Source: Centroscyllium fabricii (Eukaryota). From it: DNA of 64,000 nucleotides. The stretch spans positions 3,906,001 through 3,970,000 of the forward strand of contig JBNRSN020000015.1 of NCBI GenBank assembly GCA_051313645.2, given 5' to 3'. Shown one piece after another: positions 37,901-52,900 of this stretch. Positions within the stretch are counted from its first letter, which is position 1, and each line of letters opens with the position of its first letter. The translations under genes were made by a program, and so were the position numbers. The notes under the pieces are model-generated. The model worked only from the letters and a program-made list of their open reading frames with translations. It searched no databases and was not told the origin of the DNA.

Positions 37901-40900
37901 ACTGTTGTAGATTCAGATGTGCTGGGTGTAGTGGTGGGAGCTGTAGTGGTTTTACATCTTCCCGTATACTTCAAAATTTCACAACTCTCAGTACATAATG
38001 TGAAATTACACAAGCCTGATTTCCCTACAGAACTCACGATAGCCTGCCCTGTAAGCAAATGCAATGGAAATTAGGATTTAGGCATCTAATAGCAATTGTT
38101 CATTCAGAAATTATAGATGTGGAAAACTCATTCTCATATTTTGATATTTAAGCAATAACAACATGGCTCTATGGTTAATATTTAAAAATGTTGCACCTCA
38201 AGGAAATGTCGTTGGGCATGGAAATTATTACTGACAATATTGGCAGCTAAAGTTTTCATCCTCTCATATAACATTCTTAAATTTGCTATTTTAATGCTGC
38301 TGTTTATTTGTTTGATTGGGTTTGTGCGTGCTTTAGAAATGCAGGCAGAACAATGTCTGAAGAGGTCAATATGTATTCACCCGCTTGTATTGTCAGCAAT
38401 GATATGGGACCATGAAGTGTTCAATTTGAGTTGGGTGCCTCAGATGTCCTCACCAGGCAAGTTTCTAATCTGACCTGTGATGAAAAGGGCCCTCTTCAAA
38501 TTGGAAGCAATACTGTGAATTGCCATTAAAATCAGCAGATCAACACTTGTATGCATCTCAAACATGGCTTGAAAATGTGAGATGTCAACATTACACAGAT
38601 GGTGACTGACAGACTGGGTAAAAGGGTGATGTACGGAGTGTCCATGAAAACAAAACATAAAAATGAGCAAAACACAGAAAATCAGGGGGAGATTGAAACT
38701 GCTGTCATCCTTCTAGAGCCAGGAACATTATTCTGCCCGGAGGAACACATGGAGATGTTGGACGTCGCAACAAACCACAGATGCTTGTGTGAGTGAATGA
38801 AGCAGATGAAAGGGCTGGAAATGCTCAGTGGGTGTAAAGTCATCTAATTCAGAGAATCTATTTTGAATAGGAGCTAATTTTTTTGCTGGAATAGCCAAGT
38901 ACAGGCACATTATATCTTGGAGTCTGCTCGATGTCTCTCCATTAACAGTAGATGATCTGCCTGATGTTCAATGAGACACAGCGCAAATGCAGAGGTCTAA
39001 ACTTAGTGTAAACCATCAGCATATTGTGCTATTGGCACGAGAAAGTAAAAGCGGGAGGATTTCTTCACAGATTGGAAGAGCAGGAAGTGTACAATTTAAA
39101 ACAGGCCGGTTTCCGCTGCTCCCAAACATATAGCAGACCGCACTCTGGAAAATGTGGGGATCATTAGTTTCAATACAATTCATACTCTGAAATTATACTG
39201 AATGTTTTAGAAAGATATCCACTTAATATAAACTATGTCATGGAACGGGCTGGAGCTTCACTTCAATGAACTGATTCAATTATTGCAGAGAAATGTGATT
39301 CATATTAGATATTGCTCCCAAGTTTCTTGAGTGACTTTGATTGCATCAGATTGTTAATAACTGATTCACTTACCAGGTGACATTATTTGTCCATTGGCAT
39401 TGCAGGAGCAGGTTGTTGTTGCTGTGGAGGTGGGAGTCATTGTTACTGTTGTAGATTCGGATGTGCTGGGCGTAGTGGTGGGAGCTGTGGTGGTTTTACA
39501 TCTTCCCGTATACTTCAAAATTTCACAACTCTCAGTACATAATGTGAAATTACACAAGCCTGATTTCCCTACAGAACTCACGATAGCCTGCCCTGTAAGC
39601 AAACGCAATGGAAATGAGGATTTAGGCATCTAATAGCAATTGTTCATTCAGAAATTATAGATGTGGACAACTGTATCTCATATATTGTCATTTAAGCAAT
39701 AAGAACATGGCTCTATGGTTAAATTTAAGAATGTTGCACCTCCAGCAAATGGTGAGGGCATGGAAATTACTACTGACGATATTGGCAGCTAAACGTTTCA
39801 TCCTCTCATATCACATTCTTAAATCTGTTCTTTTAATGCTGCTGTTAATTTGTTTGATTGGGTTTGTGCTTGTTTTACAAATGCAGACAGAACACCGTCT
39901 GAAGAGGTCATAAGTATTCACCCGCTTGTATTGTCAGCAATGATATGAAACCATGAAGTGTTGAATTTGATTTGTATGCCTCAGATGTCTTCAACAAGGC
40001 AAGTTTCTAATCTGACCTGTGATGAAACGGGCCCTCTTCAAATTACACACAATACTGTGGATTGCCATTAAAATCAGTAGATCAACACTTTTATGCATCT
40101 CAAACACGGCTTGAAAATGTGAGATGTCAAAACTACACAGAAGGTGACTGACAGACTGGGTAAAAGGGTGAGGTCCATGAAAACAAAACATAAAAATGAG
40201 CAAAACACAGAAAATCAGGGGGAGACTGAAACTGCTGTCATCCTTCCAGAGCCAGTAACATTATTCTGACAAAGGAACACATGGAGATGTTGGATGTCGC
40301 AACAAAACACAGATACGTGTGTGAGTGAAGAAGCAATTGAAAGGGCTGGAAATGCTCAGTGGTTGTAAAGTCATCTAATTCAGAGAATCTATTTTGAACA
40401 GGTACTGATTTTTTTGCCGGAATTGCCAAGTACAGGCACATTATATCTTGGAGTCTGCTCGATGTCTCTCCATTAACAGTAGATTATCTGCCTGATGTTC
40501 AATGAGACACAGGGCAAAAAGCAGAGGTCTAAACTTCGTGCAAAGCATCAGCATATTGTGCTATTGGCACGAGAAAGTAAAAGCTGGAGGATTTCTTCAA
40601 AGATGGGGAGAGCAGGAAGTGTACAATTTAAAACAGGCCGGTTTCCGCTTCTCCCAAACATATAGCAGAGAGCACTCTGGAAAATGTGGGGATCATTAGT
40701 TTCAATACAATTCATACTCTGAAAATATACTGAATGTTTTAGAAAGATATCCACTTAATATAAACTATGTCATGGAACGGGCTGGAGCTTCACTTCAATG
40801 AACTGATTCAGTTATTGCAGCCAATTGTGATTCATATTAGATATTGATCCCAAGTTTCTTGAGTGACTTTGATTGCATCAGATTGTTAATAACTGATTCA

Positions 40901-43900
40901 CTTACCAGGTGACATTATTTGTCCATTGGCATTGCAGGAGCAGGTTGTTGTTGCTGTGGAGGTGGGAGTCAATGTTACTGTTGTAGATTCGGATGTGCTG
41001 GGCGTAGTGGTGGGAGCTGTGGTGGTTTTACATCTTCCCGTATACTTCAAAATTTCACAACTCTCAGTACATAATGTGAAATTACACAAGCCTGATTTCC
41101 CTACAGAACTCACGATAGCCTGCCCTGTAAGCAAACGCAATGGAAATGAGGATTTAGACATCAATAGCAATTGTTCATTCAGAAATTATAGATGTGAAAA
41201 ACTCATTCTCATATATTGATATTTAAGCAATAAGAACATGGCTCTATGGTTAATATTTAAAAATGTTGCACATCAAGGAAATGGCGTTGGGCATGGAAAT
41301 TATTACTGACAATATTGGCAGCTAAAGGTTTCATCCTCTCATATCACATTCTTAAATCTGTTATTTTAATGCTGCTGTTAATTTGTTTGATTGGGTTTGT
41401 GCTTGCTTTAGAAATGCAGACAGAACAATGTCTGAAGAAGTCAATAACTATTCACCCGCTTGTATTGTCAGCAATGATATGGGACCATGAAGTGTTCATT
41501 TTGAGTTGGGTGCCTCAGATGTCCTCACCAGGCAAGTTTCTAATCTGACCTGTGATGCTAGGGCTCTCTTCCAATTGCAGAGCATTCTGTGAATTGCCAT
41601 TAAAATCAGCATATCAACGCTTGTATGCATCTCAAACACAGCTTGAAAATGTGAGATGTCAACACTACAAAGCAGGTGACTGACAGACTGGGTAAAAGTG
41701 TGAGGTACGGAGTGTCCATGAAAACAAACATAAAAATGAACAAAACACAGAAAATCAGGGGGAGACTGAAACTGCTGTCATCATTCCAGAGCCAGTAACA
41801 TTATTCTGACAAAGGAACACATAAGAACATAAGAAACAGGAGCAGGAGTAGGCCAATCGGCCCCTCGAGCCTGCTCCGCCATTCAACAAGATCATGGCTG
41901 ATCTGATCCTAACCTCAATTTTATTTTTTCTCTCCACCCCGCCCAGACCCATGTGATCACCTGGGAGAGGCGAAAAACCAGATTAAAAAAAACAGTAGCC
42001 AATTTGGGAGAAAAAAATCAGGAAAATTCCTCTCCGACCCATCTAGGCGATCGAAAACTGGTCCAGGAGATCACATGGCCGATCTGAACCTAGCCTCATG
42101 TCCACTTACCTGCCCGCTCACCATAACCCCTAATTCCCTTTAATTCCAGGAAACTGTCTATCTCAGTTTTAAATTTATTCAACGTAGTAGCTTCTACAGC
42201 TCTCTGAGGCAGCAAATTCCACAGCCCCACCACCCTCTGAGTAAAGAAGTTCCCTCTCATCTCAGTTTTGAAATGGCAGCCCCTTATTTTAAGATTATGC
42301 CCCCTAGTCCTAGTTTCACCCACCATTGGGAACATCCTCACCGCATCCACCCGATCAAGCCCTCTCACAATCTTATATGTTTCAATAAGATCGCCTCTCA
42401 TTCTTCTGAACTCCAATGAGTAGAGGCCCAATCTACTCAGCCTCTCGTCATATGTTAGCCCCCTCATCCCCGGAATTAACCTAGTGAACCTTCTCTGCAC
42501 TGCATCGAGAGCAAGTATGTCCTTTCTTAAATAGGGATACCAGAACTGCACGTAGTATTCCAGGTGTGGTCTCACCAATACCCTGTACAACTGCAGCAAG
42601 ACCTCCCTGCTTTTATACACAATCCCCTTAGCAATAAAAACCAACATTCCGTTGGCCTCCCTTACCACCTGCAGATGTTGGATGTCGCAACAAAACACAG
42701 GTACCTTTGTGAGTGAATGAAGCAGTTGAAAGGGCTGGAAATGCTCAGTTGTTGTAAAGTCATCTAATTCAGAGAATATATTTTGAACAGGTGCTGATTT
42801 TTTTGCTGGAATTGCCAAGTACAGGCACATTATATCTTGGAGTCTGCTCGATGTCTCTCCATTAACAGTAGATGATCTGCCTGATGTTCAATGAGACACA
42901 GCGCAAATGTAGAGGTCTAAACTTAGTGTAAACCATCAGCATATTGTGCTATTGGCACGAGAAAGTAAAAGCGGGAGGATTTCTTCACAGATTGGAAGAG
43001 CAGGAAGTGTACAATTTAAAACAGGCTGGTTTCCGCTTCTCCCAAACATATAGCAGACAGCACTCTGGAAAATGTGGGGATCATTAGTTTCAATACAATT
43101 CATACTCTGAAATTATACTGAATGTTTTAGAAAGATATCCACTTAATATAAACTATGTCATGGAACGGGCTGGAGCTTCACTTCAATGAACTGATTCAAT
43201 TATTGCAGACAAATGTGATTCATATTAGATATTGCTCCCAAGTTTCTTGAGTGACTTTGATTGCATCAGATTGTTAATAACTGATTCACTTACCAGGTGA
43301 CATTATTTGTCCATTGGCATTGCAGGAGCAGGTTGTTGTTGCTGTGGAGGTGGGAGTCATTGTTACTGTTGTAGATTCGGATGTGCTGGGCGTAGTGGTG
43401 GGAGCTGTGGTGGTTTTACATCTTCCCGTATACTTCAAAATTTCACAACTCTCAGTACATAATGTGAAATTACACAAGCCTGATTTCCCTACAGAACTCA
43501 CGATAGCCTGCCCTGTAAGCAAACGCAATGGAAATGAGGATTTAGGCATCTAATAGCAATTGTTCATTCAGAAATTATAGATGTGGACAACTGTATCTCA
43601 TATATTGACATTTAAGCAATAAGAACATGGCTCTATGGTTAAATTTAAGAATGTTGCACCTCCAGCAAATGGTGAGTGCATGGAAATTACTACTGACGAT
43701 ATTGGCAGCTAAACGTTTCATCCTCTCATATCACATTCTTAAATCTGTTATTTTAATGCTGCTGTTAATTTGTTTGATTGGGTTTGTGCTTGTTTTACAA
43801 ATGCAGACAGAACACCGTCTGAAGAGGTTATAAGTATTCACCCGCTTGTATTGTCAGCAATGATATGAAACCATGAAGTGTTGAATTTGATTTGGGTGCC

Positions 43901-46900
43901 TCAGATGTCTTCACCAGGCAAGTTTCTAACCTGACCTGTGATGAAACGGGCCCTCTTCAAATTACACACAATACTGTGGATTGCCATTAAAATCAGTAGA
44001 TCAACACTTTTATGCATCTCAAACACGGCTTGAAAATGTGAGATGTCAAAACTACACAGAAGGTGACTGACAGACTGGGTAAAAGGGTGAGGTCCATGAA
44101 AACAAAACATAAAAATGAGCAAAACACAGAAAATCAGGGGGAGACTGAAACTGCTGTCATCCTTCTAGAGCCAGGAACATTATTCTGCCCAGAGGAACAC
44201 ATGGAGATGTTGGACGTCGCAACAAACCACAGATGCTTGTGTGAGTGAATGAAGCAGATGAAAGGGCTGGAAATGCTCAGTGGTTGTAAAGTCATCAAAT
44301 TCAGAGAATCTATTTTGAATAGGAGCTAATTTTTTTGCTGGAATAGTCAAGTACAGGCACATTATATCTTGGAGTCTGCTCGATGTCTCTCCATTAACAG
44401 TAGATGAACTGCCTGATGTTCAATGAGACACAGCGCAAATGCAGAGGTCTAAACTTAGTGTAAACCATCAGCATATTGTGCTATTGGCACGAGAAAGTAA
44501 AAGCGGGAGGATTTCTTCACAGATTGGAAGAGCAGGAAGTGTACAATTTAAAACAGGCCGGTTTCCGCTGCTCCCAAACATATAGCAGACAGCACTCTGG
44601 AAAATGTGGTGATCATTAGTTTCAATACAATTCATACTCTGAAATTATACTGAATGTTTTAGAAAGACATCCACTTAATATAAACTATGTCATGGAACGG
44701 GCTGGAGCTTCAATTCAATGAACTAATTCAATTATTGCAGACAATTGTGATTCATATTAGATATTGCACCCAAGTTTTTTGAGTGACTTTGATTGCATCA
44801 GATTGTTAATAACTGATTCACTTACCAGGTGACATTATTTGTCCATTGGCATTGCAGGAGCAGGTTGTTGTTGCTGTGGAGGTGGGAGTCACTGTTACTG
44901 TTGTAGATTCGGATGTGCTGGGCGTAGTGGTGGGAGCTGTGGTGGTTTTACATCTTCCCGTATACTTCAAAATTTCACAACTCTCAGTACATAATGTGAA
45001 ATTACACAAGCCTGATTTCCCTACAGAACTCACGATAGCCTGCCCTGTAAGCAAACGCAATGGAAATGAGGATTTAGGCATCTAATAGCAATTGTTCATT
45101 CAGAAATTATAGATGTGGAAAACTCATTCTCATATATTGATATTTAAGCAATAACAACATGGCTCTATGGTTAAATTTAAGAATGTTGCACCTCCAGCAA
45201 ATGGTGAGGGCATGGAAATTACTACTGACGATATTGGCAGCTAAACGTTTCATCCTCTCATATCACATTCTTAAATCTGTTATTTTAATGCTGCTGTTAA
45301 TTTGTTTGATTGGGTTTGTGCTTGTTTTACAAATGCAGACAGAACAACGTCTGAAGAGGTCAATAAGTATTCACCCGCTTGTATTGTCAGCAATGATATG
45401 AAACCATGAAGTGTTGAATTTGAGTTGGGTGCCTCAGATGTCTTCACCAGGCAAGTTTCTAATCTGACCTGTGATGAAACGGGCCCTCTTTAAATTACAC
45501 ACAATACTGTGAATTGCCATTAAAATCAGTAGATCAACACTTTTATACATCTCAAACACGGCTTGAAAATGTGAGATGTCAAAACTACACAGAAGGTGAC
45601 TGACAGACTGGGTAAAAGGGTGAGGTCCATGAAAACAAAACATAAAAATGAGTAAAACACAGAAAATCAGGGGGAGACTGAAACTGCTGTCATCCTTCCA
45701 GAGCCAGTAACATTATTCTGACAAAGGAACACATGGAGATGTTGGATGTCGCAACAAAACACAGATACGTGTGTGAGTGAAGAAGCAATTGAAAGGGCTG
45801 GAAATGCTCAGTGGTTGTAAAGTCATCTAATTCAGAGAATCTATTTTGAACAGGTGCTGATTTTTTTGCCGGAATTGCCAAGTACAGGCACATTATATCT
45901 TGGAGTCTGCTCGATGTCTCTCCATTAACAGTAGATTATCTGCCTGATGTTCAATGAGACACAGGGCAAAAAGCAGAGGTCTAAACTTCGTGTAAAGCAT
46001 CAGCATATTGTGCTATTGGCACGAGAAAGTAAAAGCTGGAGGATTTCTTCAAAGATGGGGAGAGCAGGAAGTGTACAATTTAAAACAGGCCGGTTTCCGC
46101 TGCTCCCAAACATATAGCAGAGAGCACTCTGGAAAATGTGGGGATCATTAGTTTCAATACAATTCATACTCTGAAATTATACTGAATGTTTTAGAAAGAT
46201 ATCCACTTAATATAAACTATGTCATGGAACGGGCTGGAGCTTCACTTCAATGAACTGATTCAATTATTGCAGACAATTGTGATTCATATTAGATATTGCT
46301 CCCAAGTTTCTTGAATGACTTTTATTGCATCAGATTGTTAATAACTGATTCACTTACCAGGTGACATTATTTGTCCATTGGCATTGCAGGAGCAGGTTGT
46401 TGTTGCTGTGGAGGTGGGAGTCATTGTTACTGTTGTAGATTCGGATGTGCTGGGCGTAGTGGTGGGAGCTGTGGTGGTTTTACATCTTCCCGTATACTTC
46501 AAAATTTCACAACTCTCAGTACATAATGTGAAATTACACAAGCCTGATTTCCCTACAGAACTCACGATAGCCTGCCCTGTAAGCAAACGCAATGGAAATG
46601 AGGATTTAGGCATCTAATAGCAATTGTTCATTCAGAAATTATAGATGTGGACAACTGTATCTCATATATTGACATTTAAGCAATAAGAACATGGCTCTAT
46701 GGTTAAATTGAAGAATGTTGCACCTCCAGCAAATGGTGAGGGCATGGAAATTACTACTGACGATATTGGCAGCTAAACATTTCATCCTCTCATATCACAT
46801 TCTTAAATCTGTTATTTTAATGCTGCTGTTAATTTGTTTGATTGGGTTTGTGCTTGTTTTACAAATGCAGACAGAACAACGTCTGAAGAGGTCAATAAGT

Positions 46901-49900
46901 ATTCACCCGCTTGTATTGTCAGCAATGATATGAAACCATGAAGTGTTCATTTTGAGTAGGGTGCCTCAGATGTCTTCAACAGGCAAGTTTCTAATCTGAC
47001 CTGTGATGAAACGGGCCCTCTTGAAATTCAACACAATACTGTGGATTGCCATTAAAATCAGCAGATCAACACTTTTATGCATCTCAAACACAGCTTGAAA
47101 ATGTGAGATGTCAACACTACACAGAAGGTGACTGACAGACTGGGTAAAAGGGTGAGGTCCATGAAAACAAAACATAAAAATGAACAAAACACAGAAAATC
47201 AGGGGGAGACTGAAACTGCTGTCATCCTTCCAGAGCCAGTAACATTATTCTGACAAAGGAACACATGGAGATGTTGGATGTCGCAACAAAACACAGATAC
47301 GTGTGTGAGTGAAGAAGCAATTGAAAGGGCTGGAAATGCTCAGTGGTTGTAAAGTCATCTAATTCAGAGAATCTATTTTGAACAGGTGCTGATTTTTTTG
47401 CCGCAATTGCCAAGTACAGGCACATTATATCTTGGAGTCTGCTCGATGTCTCTCCATTAACAGTAGATTATCTGCCTGATGTTCAACGAGACACAGGGCA
47501 AAAAGCAGAGGTCTAAACTTCGTGCAAACCATCAGCCTATTGTGCTATTGGCACGAGAAAGTAAAAGCTGGAGGATTTCTTCAAAGATGGGGAGAGCAGG
47601 AAGTGTACAATTTAAAACAGGCTGGTTTCCGCTTCTCCCAAACATATAGCAGAGAGCACTCTGGAAAATGTGGGGATCATTAGTTTCAATACAATTCATA
47701 CTCTGAAAATATACTGAATGTTTTAGAAAGATATCCACTTAATATAAACTATGTCATGGAACGGGCTGGAGTTTCACTTCAATGAACTGATTCAATTATT
47801 GCAGCCAATTGTGATTCATATTAGATATTGATCCCAAGTTTCGTGAGTGACTTTGATTGCATCAGATTGTTAATAACTGATTCACTTACCAGGTGACATT
47901 ATTTGTCCATTGGCATTGCAGGAGCAGGTTGTTGTTGGTGTGGAGGTGGGAGTCATTGTTACTGTTGTAGATTCGGATGTGCTGGGCGTAGTGGTGGGAG
48001 CTGTGGTGGTTTTACATCTTCCCGTATACTTCAAAATTTCACAACTCTCAGTACATAATGTGAAATTACACAAGCCTGATTTCCCTACAGAACTCACGAT
48101 AGCCTGCCCTGTAAGCAAACGCGATGGAAATGAGGATTTAGGCATCAATAGCAATTGTTCATTCAGAAATTATAGATGTGGAAAACTCATTCTCATATAT
48201 TGATATTTAAGCAATAAGAACATGGCTCTATGGTTAATATTAAAACATGTTGCACATCAAGGAAATGGCGTTGGGCATGGAAATTATTACTGACAATATT
48301 GGCAGCTAAAGGTTTCATCCTCTCATATAACATTCTTAAATCTGTTATTTTAATGCTGCTGTTAATTTGTTTGATTGGGTTTGTGCTTGTTTTAGAAATG
48401 CAGACAGAACAATGTCTGAAGAAGTCAATAACTATTCACCCGCTTGTATTGTCAGCAATGATATGGGACCATGAAGTGTTGAATTTGAGTTGGGTGCCTC
48501 AGATGTCTTCACCAGGCAAGTTTCTAATCTGACCTGTGATGAAACGGGCCCTCTTCAAATTACACACAATACTGTGGATTGCCATTAAAATCAGCAGATC
48601 AACACTTTTATGTTTCTCAAACACGGCTTGAAAATGTGAGATGTCAAAACTACACAGAAGGTGACTGACAGACTGGGTAAAAGGGTGAGGTCCATGAAAA
48701 CAAAACATAAAAATGAGCAAAACACAGAAAATCAGGGGGAGACTGAAACTGCTGTCATCCTTCTAGAGCCAGGAACATTATCTGCCCAGAGGAACACATG
48801 GAGATGTTGGACGTCGCAACAAACCACAGATGCTTGTGTGAGTGAATGAAGCAGATGAAAGGGCTGGAAATGCTGAGTGGTTGTAAAGTCATCAAATTCA
48901 GAGAATCTATTTTGAATAGGAGCTAATTTTTTTTCTGGAATAGTCAAGTACAGGCACATTATATCTTGGAGTCTGCTCGATGTCTCTCCATTAACAGTAG
49001 ATTATCTGCCTGATGTTCAATGAGACACAGCGCAAATGCAGAGGTCTAAACTTAGTGTAAACCATCAGCATTTTGTGCTATTGGCACGAGAAAGTAAAAG
49101 CGGGAGGATTTCTTCACAGATGGGGAGAGCAGGAAGTGTACAATTTAAAACAGGCCGGTTTCCGCTGCTCCCAAACATATAGCAGACAGCACTTTGGAAA
49201 ATGTGGGGATCATTAGTTTCAATACAATTCATACTCTGAAATTAAACTGAATGTTTTAGAAAGACATCCACTTAATATAAACTATGTCATGGAACGGGCT
49301 GGAGCTTCACTTCAATGAACGAATTCAATTATTGCAGACAATTGTGATTCATATTAGATATTGCACCCAAGTTTCTTGAGTGACTTTGATTGCATCAGAT
49401 TGTTAATAACTGATTCACTTACCAGGTGACATTATTTGTCCATTGGCATTGCAGGAGCAGGTTGTTGTTGCTGTGGAGGTGGGAGTCACTGTTACTGTTG
49501 TAGATTCGGATGTGCTGGGTGTAGTGGTGGGAGCTGTGGTGGTTTTACATCTTCCCGTATACTTCAAAATTTCACAACTCTCAGTACATAATGTGAAATT
49601 ACACAAGCCTGATTTCCCTACAGAACTCACGATAGCCTGCCCTGTAAGCAAATGCAATGGAAATGAGGATTTAGGCATCTAATAGCAATTGTTCATTCAG
49701 AAATTATAGATGTGGAAAACTCATTCTCATATATTGATATTTAAGCAATAACAACATGGCTCTATGGTTAATATTTAAAAATGTTGCACCTCAAGGAAAT
49801 GGCGTTGGGCATGGAAATTATTACTGACAATATTGGCAGCTAAAGTTTTCATCCTCTCATATAACATTCTTAAATTTGCTATTTTAATGCTGCTGTTTAT

Positions 49901-52900
49901 TTGTTTGATTGGGTTTGTGCGTGCTTTAGAAATGCAGGCAGAACAATGTCTGAAGAGGTCAATATGTATTCACCCGCTTGTATTGTCAGCAATGATATGA
50001 AACCATGAAGTGTTCAATTTGAGTTGGGTGCCTCAGATGTCCTCACCAGGCAAGTTTCTAATCTGACCTGTGATGAAAAGGGCCCTCTTCAAATTGGAAG
50101 CAATACTGTGAATTGCCATTAAAATCAGCAGATCAACACTTGTATGCATCTCAAACATGGCTTGAAAATGTGAGATGTCAACATTACACAGATGGTGACT
50201 GACAGACTGGGTAAAAGGGTGATGTACGGAGTGTCCATGAAAACAAAACATAAAAATGAGCAAAACACAGAAAATCAGGGGGAGACTGAAACTGCTGTCA
50301 TCCTTCTAGAGCCAGGAACATTATTCTGCCCGGAGGAACACATGGAGATGTTGGACGTCGCAACAAACCACAGATGCTTGTGTGAGTGAATGAAGCAGAT
50401 GAAAGGGCTGGAAATGCTCAGTGGGTGTAAAGTCATCTAATTCAGAGAATCTATTTTGAATAGGAGCTAATTTTTTTGCTGGAATAGCCAAGTACAGGCA
50501 CATTATATCTTGGAGTCTGCTCGATGTCTCTCCATTAACAGTAGATGATCTGCCTGATGTTCAATGAGACACAGCGCAAATGCAGAGGTCTAAACTTAGT
50601 GTAAACCATCAGCATATTGTGCTATTGGCACGAGAAAGTAAAAGCGTGAGGATTTCTTCACAGATTGGAAGAGCAGGAAGTGTACAATTTAAAACAGGCC
50701 GGTTTCCGCTGCTCCCAAACATATAGCAGACCGCACTCTGGAAAATGTGGGGATCATTAGTTTCAATACAATTCATACTCTGAAATTATACTGAAAGTTT
50801 ATATTAAGTGGATATCTTTCTAAAACAATGTCATGGAACGGGCTGGAGCTTCACTTCAATGAACTGATTCAATTATTGCAGACAAATGTGATTCATATTA
50901 GATATTGCTCCCAAGTTTCTTGAGTGACTTTGATTGCATCAGATTGTTAATAACTGATTCACTTACCAGGTGACATTATTTGTCCATTGGCATTGCAGGA
51001 GCAGGTTGTTGTTGCTGTGGAGGTGGGAGTCATTGTTACTGTTGTAGATTCGGATGTGCTGGGCGTAGTGGTGGGAGCTGTGGTGGTTTTACATCTTCCC
51101 GTATACTTCAAAATTTCACAACTCTCAGTACATAATGTGAAATTACACAAGCCTGATTTCCCTACAGAACTCACGATAGCCTGCCCTGTAAGCAAACGCA
51201 ATGGAAATGAGGATTTAGGCATCTAATAGCAATTGTTCATTCAGAAATTATAGATGTGGACAACTGTATCTCATATATTGACATTTAAGCAATAAGAACA
51301 TGGCTCTATGGTTACATTTAAGAATGTTGCACCTCCAGCAAATGGTGAGGGCATGGAAATTACTACTGACGATATTGGCAGCTAAACGTTTCATCCTCTC
51401 ATATCACATTCTTAAATCTGTTATTTTAATGCTGCTGTTAATTTGTTTGATTGGGTTTGTGCTTGTTTTACAAATGCAGACAGAACACCGTCTGAAGAGG
51501 TCATAAGTATTCACCCGCTTGTATTGTCAGCAATGATATGAAACCATGAAGTGTTGAATTTGATTTGGGTGCCTCAGATGTCTTCAACAAGGCAAGTTTC
51601 TAATCTGACCTGTGATGAAACGGGCCCTCTTCAAATTACACACAATACTGTGGATTGCCATTAAAATCAGTAGATCAACACTTTTATGCATCTCAAACAC
51701 GGCTTGAAAATGTGAGATGTCAACACTACACAGAAGGTGACTGACAGACTGGGTAAAAGGGTGAGGTCCATGAAAACAAAACATAAAAATGAGCAAAACA
51801 CAGAAAATCAGGGGGAGACTGAAACTGCTGTCATCCTTCTAGAGCCAGGAACATTATTCTGCCCAGAGGAACACATGGAGATGTTGGATGTCGCAACAAA
51901 CCACAGATACGTGTGTGAGTGAAGAAGCAATTGAAAGGGCTGGAAATGCTCAGTGGTTGTAAAGTCATCTAATTCAGAGAATCTATTTTGAACAGGTGCT
52001 GATTTTTTTGCTGGAATTGCCAAGTACAGGCACATTATATCTTGGAGTCTGCTCGATGTCTCTCCAGTAACAGTAGATTATCTGCCTGATGTTCAATGAG
52101 ACACAGCGCAAATGCAGAGGTCTAAACTTAGTGTAAACCATCAGCATTTTGTGCTATTGGCACGAGAAAGTAAAAGCGGGAAGATTTCTTCACAGATGGG
52201 GAGAGCAGGAAGTGTACAATTTAAAACAGGCCGGTTTCCGCTGCTCCCAAACATATAGCAGACAGCACTTTGGAAAATGTGGGGATCATTAGTTTCAATA
52301 CAATTCATACTCTGAAATTAAACTGAATGTTTTAGAAAGACATCCACTTAATATAAACTATGTCATGGAACGGGCTGGAGCTTCACTTCAATGAACTGAT
52401 TCAATTATTGCAGACAATTGTGATTCATATTAGATATTGCACCCAAGTTTCTTGAGTGACTTTGATTGCATCAGATTGTTAATAACTGATTCACTTACCA
52501 GGTGACATTATTTGTCCATTGGCATTGCAGGAGCAGGTTGTTGTTGCTGTGGAGGTGGGAGTCACTGTTACTGTTGTAGATTCGGATGTGCTGGGCGTAG
52601 TGGTGGGAGCTGTGGTGGTTTTACATCTTCCCGTATACTTCAAAATTTCACAACTCTCAGTACATAATGTGAAATTACACAAGCCTGATTTCCCTACAGA
52701 ACTCACGATAGCCTGCCCTGTAAGCAAACGCGATGGAAATGAGGATTTAGGCATCTAATAGCAATTATTCATTCAGAAATTATAGATGTGGAAAACTCAT
52801 TCTCATATATTGATATTTAAGCAATAACAACATGGCTCTATGGTTAATATTTAAAAATGTTGCACCTCAAGGAAATGGCGTTGGGCATGGAAATTATTAC

